Positions 22,850 to 35,799 are shown, numbered from the stretch's first letter. The stretch: 41,351 nucleotides of DNA from Octopus sinensis (GCF_006345805.1 NW_021835555.1:1-41351), one strand, 5' to 3'. The notes: generated by a model not told the origin, from the sequence alone. Made by a program: numbers and translations.

Positions 22850-25534
22850 ATTTTGATTGATTTCATTTTTGATTTTTCCAGTTTCATCTAATGAGCTGTG
22901 GCCATGCTGGGGCACCGCCATTTGGTTTGCTACACGATTTTACCTCACGGATGCTTTTTAGCAAACGCCATCTGATGCATGAGAGAGTTCGATGCAGCTG
23001 CCCTCATCTGCACCTCCTGCCGTGAAGTTGGTTCATCCGGGACACCTGACAGGAAGAGATCCAGTACTACTTTAAAGACATCCGCATCCACACCATGCAG
23101 GTCCCTCAGGTTCTTCGGGAGGATATTGAAGAGCTGTGGGCCTCTGAAGCCCAGGCTATCACAATATCTTGTCCTACATCTTGATGGCGGCATATCTTTC
23201 TCGCCTACGCTCCAGGGAATAGAGCTTTAATCTCTTGAGTCTTTCCCAGTAGATCATATGCTGCACAGAGGCTATCTTCTTCGTGTAGCTTCGTTGGATC
23301 GCCTCAAGTTCTGTGATCAACTTGACACTGGATGGTGACCATAGCTGAGAGCAATAGTCAAAGTGGCTTAGGACAAGTGTCTTCCAGAGGACCATCATGG
23401 TTTCTTGTTCTCTTGTTCTAAAGGTTCTAAGAATCCATCCAGCCAGCCGTCTACATTTCATTGTCAGTTTAGCAGCATGTACATGAAAGGTCGCGTCATC
23501 ACTCATGTGAATACCCAGGTCACGCACTGATTGTGCCTCTGGGATTGCAATCCCTCCGGGTCCAGTGTATTCATTGGGTATTGCATTCAGTTTTGCATGC
23601 TGATAGTATAAAGCTTGAAACTTTTCAGCATTGAACTGCATGCTATTCTTTTCGGCCCACTTGTATATTTCGTCCAGCTCACATTGCAGGTGCTTAGTGT
23701 CCTCAGGGTTCTGTATTGCCTGTGAAACTTTTGTATCATCTGCATAACTTGTGATCGTGGCTCTCTGCGTGGCTGAGGGCATGTCTGAGAGGGCCATTAT
23801 GAACAGTAGTGGTCCCAAAACAGTGCCCTGCGGAACACCGCTCATTATTTGCGTGTTAATGGAAGTGGCCCCATTGGCTGCTACCACCTGACTTCTATTC
23901 TTCAGAAAGTCATGAAGCCATTCTCCCAATTTTCCAACTATGCCAAGATGACGCAGTTTGTGACATATCATTCCATGATCGACTTTATCAAAGGCCTTTG
24001 CAAAGTCGAGATATATGACTTCCACACTTGAGTGGTTGAGCAGTTGTTTCAGCACCCAGTCATAGTGTTGTAAGAGCTGAGTTAAGCAGCTTCTTCCTGG
24101 TCGGAAACCATGTTGGGTGTCAGGCAGCAAGTCATTTTCTTCAAGGAAGGTGATTAGTTTCCTTCTGACTATTCGTTCCATGACCTTGCTGATGTGTGAG
24201 GTGAGAGAGATAGGTCTGTAGTTCTTGGCCTCCGCTCTGCTACCTCCTTTATGAATAGGGCATATTTTACCTTCCTTCAGTTTTCTTGGAAGTTTGCCAG
24301 CTGCAAGGAAGCTCTGAAAGAGGAACGGCAGTGGTCTTGCTAGGACTCTCTTACATACTTTTAGGAGGATTGCCGGGAATCCATCGGGGCCAATAGCTGA
24401 GTCTGTTTTCATTTCATCTATAGCCTTTATTACATCGTCTTCCTTTATATCGATGTAATTTATCGTCGCCGCCTCTGATTTTATATCTGCAGTGGTAAAG
24501 AAGTCAGTTGGATTGCTGATTTGGAAATGCCCAAGGGGTGGAGTGAAAACACTCTTGAATTGCTCATTCAGTATTTCACTTACCCTCATTGGTTTTCCTG
24601 TGAGTGTGCCATCCTTTTCAAGGAGTGGCCCTATCCTACAGTGCACCGTAGCTGTTTCTTTGGCATACCTGTAGAAAGCTCTGGGGTTTGTTTTTATGTT
24701 GTCTATAGCCCAGGATTCTTTGTCTGCTCTTTCCTTTTCATGGGAGAGTTGCAGACATTTTTCAATTTCCAACAGTTTTATTTTCAGGCGGGACTTTTCA
24801 CTGCTTTCAATTTGTTTGTTTAGGCGATTTGAAATTTTTGTACGCCGTCTCATTAAAATTTTCCTCTCTCTGGGGATTTTGTTCTTGTGTACAGTGGCCT
24901 TTCTCTCTGGGACACATTTGTAGCATATGGCTTGCATTACAGACATGAATTGTTGAAGTTTCATGTCGATGTCCGGCGAGGAGAGACATTCAGGCCAGTT
25001 TTGTTTGAGGATATCTTTCTCAATTTGTTTCCAGTTTGCCTTATTGAAGTTCAAGCTGGAAAGATTCTGAGAGTTTCTTGTAGGCTGCATGTCCATGCTT
25101 TCCTTTGGCCCGTACATGGTCAGCTCTACCATGTTGTGATCCGAGAGTAGTGTCGGTGTCACTTTCACATTATGGATGAGATCCATATTATTTGTGAAGC
25201 AGAGATCCAGTGTGTTACCTGCCCTGGTTGGTTGGAGTATTACTTGCTCCATGTACAGGGTGTTGATGAGGTTCAGGAGGGACCTCGCCTGTCCCCGTTC
25301 ACATCGTGTCATTCCTGGGAGAGAAAGGCCCTCGGGCCATCAGACATTGGGTAGGTTGAAGTCTCCCATGAGAAGTACACTTATGTGCTGTTCTAGTGTG
25401 ACTAGAACTTCTTCTATTTTTATGAGGCAGTCTTCAAACTTGCTCATATGGCTTGGGGCATCTGGAGGGCGATATGTAGCACACACAACTACACCAAGTT
25501 GCCTTACATGTACAATTAGTGTGTCACACACCAA
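22850..25534 (-). mobile_element. 5'-truncated CR1-clade LINE
   Basis: APE-RT ORF2 (next feature), short 3' UTR ending GGCGGTGCCCCAGCATGGCCACAGCTCATTAGATGAAAC and an (AAATC)-like tail. No TSD found. Confidence 0.93.
22945..25534 (-). pseudogene. CR1 ORF2: partial AP endonuclease + reverse transcriptase, disrupted
   Basis: APE motifs YRPP, GDFNLP, PTRAGNTLDL. RT motifs GPDG, NYRPISLTS, QHGFRPGRSC, YLDFAKAFDKVDH, GVPQGTVLGPLLF, YADD. ORFs 25340-25534 and 23174-25312 are in the same frame, separated by one TGA at 25340-25342; a frameshifting junction lies near 23190. Confidence 0.93.
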
Positions 25535-25585
25535 TCAAATTAATATTCAATTTCTTACCCTTATTATTTTAAATTTAAATTTAAA

Positions 25586-25641
25586 CCCAGAACCATGTGT
25601 TTTGGAACGAAGTTTGTTACCAGACAGTCACACCTGCACCT
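25586..25641 (-). mobile_element. SINE family C head fragment (inverted copy of 25896-25951)
   Basis: Shares the private variant GGTAACAAACTTCGTTCCAAAACACATGG with the 25896 copy. Confidence 0.8.
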
Positions 25642-25642
25642 A

Positions 25643-25690
<48 letters not shown>

Positions 25691-25752
25691 GCTGTATATG
25701 TATACATTTATTTCTATACATAAAGATGCATATGTATACATGTATAAGAGTA

Positions 25753-25826
<74 letters not shown>

Positions 25827-25895
25827 GATGTACACATATATATTCACATATATACATGCATACATATATACACCCATACACACATACACACACAC

Positions 25896-26230
25896 AGGTG
25901 CAGGTGTAGCTGTGTGGTAACAAACTTCGTTCCAAAACACATGGTCCTCAGTTCAGTCCCACTGAGTGGTGACTTGGCATGTGTCTTCTGCTATAGCCTC
26001 AGACCAACCAAAGCCTTGTCAGTGGATTTTGTAGACAGAAACTGAAAGAAATCAACGTATATATATGTATGTATATATGTAAGTCTCTGTGTGTGTATTT
26101 GTGTTTCTCCCAAATCACTGCCTCACAACTGGTGTTCGTTTATTTATATCCCCATAACTTACTGGTTTCACAAGAAGAAACTCATAGAATAAGCACCAGG
26201 CTTATCAAAATTTTAAAAAAACCACTAGGC
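25896..26230 (+). mobile_element. SINE family C (3'-truncated)
   Basis: AGTTCAGTCCCACTGAGTGGTGACTTGGCATGTGTCTTCTGCTATAGCCTC...GAAACTGAAAGAA, tail start at 26110-26200. Confidence 0.8.
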
Positions 26231-26268
26231 AGTATCTCATATACTTTATTTAAAGCAGCAGAACAATC

Positions 26269-26322
26269 AACAAAACCTGTTACTCTGAGTTTCACGTTCC
26301 CGTTCGTCGGACAGTTTTTGCT
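26269..26322 (-). ncRNA. Type I hammerhead ribozyme candidate (variant core)
   Basis: Minus strand AGCAAAAACTGT-CCGACGA-ACG GGAA CGT-GAA-ACTC A GAGT-A-ACAGGTTTTGTT. Stems I, II and III all pair; the predicted GUA cleavage site lies between 26281 and 26280. Confidence 0.7.
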
Positions 26323-27396
26323 AGAATTTTCCACCGTGTTTCACATTTATGTTTACTCCGGTATATATAAATATATATACATGACAGAAGAAAATAAATG
26401 GAGTAGACGAATTTATTCAATAAATGAGTGAACTTATCGTGATGGAATATTTAACCCATTTATAACTCGAGGATAAAGAATATTTTTAGTAAAAATAACT
26501 TTCTTTTTCAGTTCCCACTCATACGAACGCTAATAGCGTGCTCACATAAGCACATACACGCACGCACGCACACATACACACACACACACACAGCTAATTG
26601 TTGCCTGTGCTTCTGCGTGTGTGTGTGTTCGCGCGAATAGCGTTCGTATGTATATGAGTGTGAGTGTGCATGTGTGCACGTACTAGTGTTCATTTGAGTG
26701 TCTCTTTCTCTCTGTCTCTCTCTCTCTCTGTCTGTTTCTCTCTTTCTCTCTCACACACACACACACACACTTTTACCATCCCCTTTCCCCAGCACGACAG
26801 ATTGTTTACACCACAGGAATGTATCGTTAGCACTTAAACACAATAGATGTTATAACAAATACACCACATATGAATATAATCTATGCCAGATTTTGCGTGA
26901 TGTGTTCTAAATGCACTCATTATTTCCGATCTAATCTTGCTTGGTCGGTTAGTAGTCAATTGAGAATAATATGTAACTATAACTTATTACCAGGACAGCT
27001 AAAGTTACCATATTATTGCCTTATTATTTACTTCATTTAAGCTCTGTTTGTAGTATTAATCTAATACCGCTATGCTATTCTTTCCTAACCTTTCCTTTCA
27101 TGTGTATATATACTGTACTGTACTTTGTGAATACCATTGATCCTAAATATTTATAAGTCTGTGCTTGGTCTAATTCTCTTATCTCGGTTTTCTTTGTCTT
27201 AGCATGACATTAATGTTCTTAATTAATTTTCTTCTCTTCAAAGTTACAATGGCGGATTTTCACTATTCTGAGTATCATATCATTTTCTTTTGTAAATCAA
27301 GTGCAGCATATTTCCTTATTTATATCTCTGCATACAACGATTATTATTGATAATATTCATCATCACCACCACTACCACCACCACCATCATCATCAC

Positions 27397-27945
27397 TATT
27401 ATTATTATTAATTGAGAGAGCAGCGCATGCCAACAAAGTAAAATATACGAAACCCAGTATACCCATCATGGCTACTCGTCTGATAAGGGTACACCAGGCA
27501 TATGCATCACAACCATATGTGTACGACATGGTGACCTCATATTAAGATAAACAACGCATGACCTTGCAGGTGGGGCCCAGTTAGAATTTTCTGCAGCTCG
27601 GGTGCCCATCCTACTCAAAAGGTCTCTGAATAAGAATTGTTTAAGGATGATGAATGAAACATCCATGTTTCCAGTAGTGAATTATTCAAACCTCAAATAA
27701 TTCCTCTCAACACATGGCTATGATGCTCCACCACTACTTCTGCTCGTGATCAGAGATCCAGATATCGTCGGCCTCTAAGGCACACGCTCAACTGGGTGAA
27801 ATCAAACAAATGACTGGCAAATCTGTGATAATGAGCAGAATATTTGCTGCAGCCCATCTTTTATACCAAGACAAGACATGTACATGATAACACTTCCAGA
27901 TCAGAAGTCACGAAGTCCACTGCATGGTACTGCATCAAGGCTTTA
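27397..27945 (-). mobile_element. Second copy of the (AAT)n-tailed non-LTR 3' end / non-autonomous element
   Basis: Reverse-complement homologue of 20308-20735; tail at 27397-27410. Confidence 0.7.
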
Positions 27946-28085
27946 CTTTCTGAGTTCAAATACTGCTGGGATCGACTTTGCCTTTCATCCTTTCAGGGTC
28001 GATAAATTAAGTACTAGTTGAACAGCGGAGTCGATGTAATCGACTAGCACTCTCCCATAAAATTTCAGGCCTTGTGCCTATAAGA
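27946..28085 (+). mobile_element. SINE family A-related fragment (central domain + alternative tail)
   Basis: CTGAGTTCAAAT...GATCGACTTTGCCTTTCATCCTTTCAGGGTCGATAAATTAAGTAC; tail AGGCCTTGTGC as at 37500-37590. Confidence 0.7.
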
Positions 28086-28142
28086 GAAAAAAAAATATTA
28101 ATATTATTATTATTATTATTATTTGTTGTTGTTGTTATTTTT

Positions 28143-29015
<873 letters not shown>

Positions 29016-29247
29016 TGTTTAATGTGGTTGACTTGGCAGAATCGTTACAGAATCAGACAAAATGCCTTGCTGTATATAATTCAGGCTTTTTACGGCCTTA
29101 TGGATCTGGAGAGAGAGAGAGAGAGAGAGAGAAAGAAAGAAAGAAAGAAAGAGATAGAGGAAGAGAAGAGAGAGCGAGAAATTTGTCCCAGAAGCGACCA
29201 TCGAGCAAACCAGACTGATTTCGGCCATTTTCAATAGCCCCCCCCCC

Positions 29248-30545
29248 ACCACCACCACCACCACTACCCGCCAAGACAAAAGTATTGCAATGTGTCTGAA
29301 CCCAAAACCACCCAGCCGTGCCGATTTAAAAATTAAAAATTAGAACTAAAATAAAAGCTACTAAATCCTTAAAGAAACCAATTTCAAGACAACTGTATTT
29401 TACGTTTGAAGCTCTTTTGTTTTATTTTTTTTTTTTTTCTGGTCTATAGTGTTTTAATGTCGGGTCTGATTTTTGGGGTAAGTGATGGGGATGTCCCTTT
29501 TCTCGTTACGTCTTTTTTCTGGGTATTTTAATACTTTTGCTTTTTTTCCTCATCTAATATTTTTCGTTTCCTTTTTCTTTTTCTCTTTTATTCTTTTACC
29601 GATTACAACCCATGTTTTGCGGCCATGCTGTGCATCACCTTTCTCCTAATTCACCACCACCACAACCATTACCACCATTACCACCACCACCACCACCACC
29701 ACTACCACCACCACCACCACCACCACTACCACTACCACCACCACCACCACCACAACCACCACTACCACCACCACAACCAGCACTACCACCACCACAACTA
29801 CCATTACCACCACCACTACCACCACTACTACCACTACCACCATTACCACCAACACCAACACTACCACCACCACTACCACAACCACCACTACCACCACCAC
29901 CACCACCACCACTACCCGCCAAGACAAAAGTATTGCAATGTGTCTGAACCCAAAACCACCCAGCCGTGCCGATTAAAAAATTAAAAATTAGAACTAAAAT
30001 AAAAGCTACTAAATCCTTAAAGAAACCAATTTCAAGACAACTGTATTTTACGTTTGAAGCTCTTTTGTTTTATTTTTTTTTTTTTTTCTGGTCTATAGTG
30101 TTTTAATGTCGGGTCTGATTTTTGGGGTAAGTGATGGGGATGTCCCTTTTCTCGTTACGTCTTTTTTCTGGGTATTTTAATACTTTTGCTTTTTTTCCTC
30201 ATCTAATATTTTTCGTTTCCTTTTTCTTTTTCTCTTTTATTCTTTTACCGATTACAACCCATGTTTTGCGGCCATGCTGGTGCATCACCTTTCTCCTAAT
30301 TCACCACCACCACAACCATTACCACCATTACCACCACCACCACCACCACCACTACCACCACCACCACCACCACCACTACCACTACCACCACCACCACCAC
30401 CACAACCACCACTACCACCACCACAACCAGCACTACCACCACCACAACTACCATTACCACCACCACTACCACCACTACTACCACTACCACCATTACCACC
30501 ACTACCACAACCACCACTACCACCACCACCACCACCATTACCATC
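29248..30545 (+). repeat. Near-identical tandem duplication, period about 648 bp, bounded by (CAC)n
   Basis: CTACCCGCCAAGAC at 29264 and 29912; ATGTTTTGCGGCC at 29612 and 30261. Confidence 0.92.
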
Positions 30546-31289
30546 ACCACCACCGTCGTCGCTCTAAAATAGATAATTTAAAGAAGACCTAATTGGAATA
30601 AGAATCAAAAGTTTTGAAAAAAAAATTCTGAAATAAATAAAAATAGATAAAATACAAAAAAAAAAACCATTTTTCAACGCAGCAACAAAAACAACAACAG
30701 CAACAACAATGAAACTCATTTACAATGCAATAGGACTTGCGGTGGGGGGATGGGGGAGGAATACTTAGTAAAATAAAATAAAACCCTAAAATTTTAAATA
30801 TATAATAAAATATAAAGAAAAACATACACTCACCTCACCCAAAACAACAACAACAACATTAAATAAACTACAAAAAAAAAAAACTACCAACCTACCCTAA
30901 CCCGACCCTAACTTTAAAAAAAAAATATTAAAACAAGCAGAAAAAAAAACACCAGAAAAAAATACAACCAAAACCAAGAAGAAATAAAATAGGATAAAGT
31001 GAAAAAATAAATAAATTGTAAAATAAAATTAAATAATTATAAATAGAAAAAAGTTAAATAAAATACGATAAAATATTCCGCTACACCCCAGAATTTAATG
31101 AATTACTGGAAAATAAGAGCAAAACGCGAAAGTGGGGGTCGGTCGGGCGGGGGGAGAGGGAGATGAATAAAGGGACGGGAAAGAAGGAGAGTCAATTTAA
31201 ATTGAATTAAAAGCTTCAGTAAAAACCAATAAATTAATAAATAATTTAATATAAATCGAAGTAATTATACCACAAAAGTATGTAAATAC

Positions 31290-31356
31290 GTGTGTATTTA
31301 AGTATGTGTGTGTGTATATATAAGGGTATATATGTGTGTATGTGTGTGTGTGTATA

Positions 31357-31425
<69 letters not shown>

Positions 31426-31960
31426 ATGAGTGTATGTATATATATGTGTGTGTGTTTGAGTGTTTGAGTGTGTGTGTGTATATACAAGGGTATATATGTG
31501 TGTGTGTATATATATGTATATATATATATATAGCTGTTTGTGTGTATGAGTGTATGTATATATATGTGTGTGTGTGTATGTATATATATATATGTGTGTG
31601 TATGAGTGTCTATATATAAATATATATGCATATTATATATATGTGTGTGGATGAGTGTGGGTGTGTATATATATATGTGCATGTATATATATATGTATAC
31701 ACACACATATATGCATATATGCATGTATATATATATATGTATATATATTTCTGCATATATGCATCTATACATGTATTATGTATGTATTTGACTCTCTATA
31801 TGTATATATGTGTGTGTGCGTGAGTATGTGTGTGTCTGTATGTGAGAGTGTGCATTTGTATGCGTAATCGTGTGTGTATGACTGTTTGTGTGCATGCATG
31901 TGTATATATGTATGTGCACACCTAAGTCAGTTTGCGTGTATAGTTGTGTCTGTGCGCGCG
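31290..31960. repeat. Degenerate (TG)n/(TA)n/(GA)n block
   Basis: Direct inspection. Confidence 0.9.
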
Positions 31961-32126
31961 CTCGCGTGTATTGCAGGAGAAGACGGATAGAGAGACAGAA
32001 AGTTGAGAATGGATGCAAATTAAAAGCAAATAATGATAAAGATGGAGGCCAGAAAAAAAGTTTCTAATTTAAAGAAAACTTCAAAATAACCAACAAATAA
32101 ACATGAAAACAATATAGAATACCTTT

Positions 32127-32158
<32 letters not shown>

Positions 32159-32169
32159 CGCCCACATTC

Positions 32170-32322
32170 ATGTGTATGTTACTTAACTTTATATATGTAT
32201 ATATATATCTGTATATATCTTATATATATATATACCGTTATATTATATATAAAACTTTATATAATATATATATGTATATTTATACGTATATGTATATATA
32301 TGTATGTATATATATGTATATT

Positions 32323-32358
<36 letters not shown>

Positions 32359-32449
32359 TAATATATGTATGTATATGTTATAATATATTATATATATAAT
32401 ATATATTAATATATATATAGAGAGAGAGAGGAGAGAGAGATAGATAGAT

Positions 32450-32502
<53 letters not shown>

Positions 32503-32795
32503 GAGAGAGATATATAGATAGATATATGTATGTATATGTATACATATATTTGTATATATATATGTGTGTGTGTTGTGTGTGTGTGTGTGTGTGTGTCTAT
32601 ATATACATCTATATATGTATTTATACACACACATATAGATAGATAGAGAGGCAGACAGATAGATAGATAGATAGATAGATATAGATAGATAGATAGATAG
32701 ATAGATATAGACAGATAGATAGACAGATAGACAGACATAGATAGATAGATAGATAGATAGATAGTAGATAGATAGATAGATAGATGATAGATAGA
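32170..32795. repeat. (TA)n/(TAGA)n block
   Basis: Direct inspection. Confidence 0.9.
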
Positions 32796-33544
32796 TGATC
32801 AAGATAGTAGATTAGACGACACAGATAGACAGAAGAATTTAGGCTGAGCAAATCTTAATGATGCGCTGCCGTTTCAGATTTCTTGCGATGTCAGGGGGAG
32901 GAATGAATAACTCTCCAGCGAAGCCAACAAATCATTGGAAATCTAGTGGAAGTTTCCGCCTTTTGTTCAGCAGGAGGAGAAAACGGAAGAACAGGAAGAT
33001 GGAGAGGGAAGAAAGAGGTGAACTGGATCTTGGTTTTTCTGATTTGGCCTTTCCCCAGGCGCATTATTGGTAGCGTTTGAATGTCAGCATAGAGAAATTA
33101 ATCGAGGCGACCATTATCTGTTAATTATAAACACTTCAATAAGTTAGTGAATTAATTTAGCTTGCTAGAAGGAAGAATAGAGGCTTGATATTTCGGGCAA
33201 GGATACCTTCATCAGCGAAGGAGTGGAATCAGCAATTAATTACACTGACATCTCGGTTCTAATATGCGAGCTTGTTCGCTGATTACATCATAAAAAAGTT
33301 TTTTGTTACAGCTTCGTGCACCTGTAAATCTCCAGTGCGCATGCGCCAACAAGACGTTAAGTGGCTGTGTTAGACTATTATATTGATTTTTTTCGTTATT
33401 TGACTGGGACTTCGTTTTGACGACCTTGAAAGAATAAGAGACAAAGCTTGGCCGCAGCGTGATTGGACTCGGAACAAACACTAGCTCACCACCACTGGCC
33501 CACCACTGGCCCACCACTCTAATGAAACTGTCAAACAACAAATA

Positions 33545-33832
33545 ACAGCAACCACAATAACTACAACAATAACTACTACTACTAACTACTACTACTACTA
33601 CTAATTCTACTATACTACTACTACTACTACTACTACTAACAACTAATACTAATAATACTACTAATAATAACTACTAATATACTACTACTAATACTACTAA
33701 TACTACTAATACTACTACTATACTACTAATACTACTGCCTAAACTGACTACTACTCTACCTACTACTGCTGCTGCTACTACTACTACTACAACTACTACT
33801 ACTACTACTACTTCTACTACAACTACTACTAT

Positions 33833-33864
<32 letters not shown>

Positions 33865-33865
33865 T
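33545..33865. repeat. (ACT/AAT)n degenerate trinucleotide tract
   Basis: Direct inspection. Confidence 0.9.
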
Positions 33866-34538
33866 AGAGTTGAAAAATTCTTTTGAGTAGAAAACTTACA
33901 GGTTGGAATTTTTGTATCCAAAAGGACGAAAGAGTTCTTCAGCTCAATATTTACATGACGTAGTTTTATGTGTGCTTCGAGATATAGATATAGATGTGTG
34001 TGTGTGTGTGTGTGTGTGTGTGATCAACTATGTACCTGGGACTACGCACGCGCGGCTGTTGGTATGCCTGTGATCGAGTGCATATACAGCTTTCTTTACA
34101 AACGGCGGCCATATTATTAGATGGACGCTGACTCTTACCGCCTGACCATTTACGTTAAGCCTGAACTCATTTAGATAAGTTTATTGATGAATGACCTTGT
34201 CCAGGTCCACAAACTGGAACAATCTGGAAATGGACGGAACAGAAAGCGACTTGCAACAAAATCATGGATTGATTCTCGCAGCACACAGTTTCATATCTGC
34301 CATTTCTGTCGAGCTGTCGGTTTGTCTGTTCCTCTCTCCCTCACCCCTCTCTCTCAGCCTTTCTCTCTCTCCTCGGGCGTTCTCTGTCTTTCTTGTTTTA
34401 TTCTTTTCCATATGTAAATCTCTGGCGGTGATGTCTCTCTAAGGCCGCCACAATCCAGTGACTGAAACAGGGAAGGGACAACATATAATTCAATGCTAAA
34501 TTGTTTATGTATATGTAACTACACCACAAACACATTCA

Positions 34539-34760
34539 GCATTCACCTTAAACAAGGAGACAGTCCAGAAGAGTTGCAGGAGATCCCGAAGTCGTCTGGA
34601 GGCCATGGTTGAAGCCAATGGCGATTTTATTGGATAAATTTACTCTTTAGTATTTCAAAATATTTTTATGCAATTTTGGTAAATATATCTGTTAAAATGA
34701 GATGTCAGTGATATTTTCATATTTCAGTAATTTAAACGACAGTTTATTCACCGCACCGTG
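34539..34760 (+). mobile_element. Tc1/mariner transposon 3' end (transposase C-terminus + right terminus)
   Basis: 34539-34637 translates as AFTLNKETVQKSCRRSRSRLEAMVEANGDFIG*, matching the Tc1/maT C-terminal pattern KACxRFRxRLEAVVxAxG. The terminus reads CAGTTTATTCACCGCACCGTG. Confidence 0.7.
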
Positions 34761-34781
34761 TGTGTTTATGTGAATGTGCCT

Positions 34782-34820
<39 letters not shown>

Positions 34821-34863
34821 ATGTCCATGGTCATTCGTTGGACGATCAAATATATATATATAC

Positions 34864-34945
<82 letters not shown>

Positions 34946-34947
<2 letters not shown>

Positions 34948-35206
34948 GCAATTCCTATCATAGTAGGTGCATTAGGCATGATAAAAAATATTCAGACAAA
35001 TACATAAACAAAAACACCAGGACTTACAAACACATATAACATACAGAAAATTGCACTACTAGGCACTGCACACATCCTACGCAGAACACTTTCCATACAA
35101 TAACCATCAGAGCATCACAACAAATCACAGCACATACCCAAGGTACACAGAGCTGCGCTCGGTAGTGAAGTGAAAGCACGCTATAAAAATAAAAATAAAA
35201 CTACTG
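34946..35206 (+). mobile_element. Extreme 3' fragment of a second R4/Dong-type element within (AAT)n
   Basis: AIPIIVGALGMIKK...(frameshift)...NIQKIALLGTAHILRRTLSIQ* (stop 35101-35103), homologous to VIGALG...QKTALLGSARILR at 28.2 kb. (AAT)n at 34872-34945 and 35207-35224. Confidence 0.85.
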
Positions 35207-35698
35207 AATAATAATAATAATAATATGGACGAAGAAATATATAAATATATATGTATATGTATGTATGTATGTATATATGTAAACGATTTTAACTTTCGCA
35301 TATTTTAGTTTTGTCCTCCCCCGTCCACCTCCTTTCTATTAAATTTCCGACTTGTTTAACCCAGCTCCGCATTAATTATGCATGCTAATGTCTTGGTCGT
35401 GAATATTTTAGCTGAGAGTTAAACACAGGGAGAACAACACTTTTGTGATGGTTATTATAATATATCTGAGACGAGACATGTTTTGAAAGGTGTTTGGGCT
35501 AACACTTGTGTGTGCGTGTGTGAGTGTGTGAGTGAGAGAGAGAGAGAGGAGAAGATAAAGAGCGAAAGAGAGAGAGAGAGATTGCGTATAACTGTGTGTG
35601 TTTGTGTGCATGTATGTGCCTTTATTGGTTTGTGCGTGTCTATTTATTGTATGTGCGTCTGCGTCCGTGTGTGTGTGGTGTGTATGCATGTGTATATG

Positions 35699-35799
35699 TG
35701 TGTGTGTTGTGTGTGTAAACACACATATCACATATATATATGCGTATAAATTTATGCATATATGATCCTACGTATATATGTATATATGTATATATATAT

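Noticed and set aside
29612-30592. Poly-Pro and poly-His ORFs
   Set aside because: They come from (CAC)n repeats inside the tandem duplication.
30888-30915. Telomere-like CCCTAA hexamers
   Set aside because: Only two non-adjacent units in low-complexity sequence.
34184-34442. Two overlapping short non-repetitive ORFs
   Set aside because: No recognisable motif or convincing splice context; both run into (TC)n.
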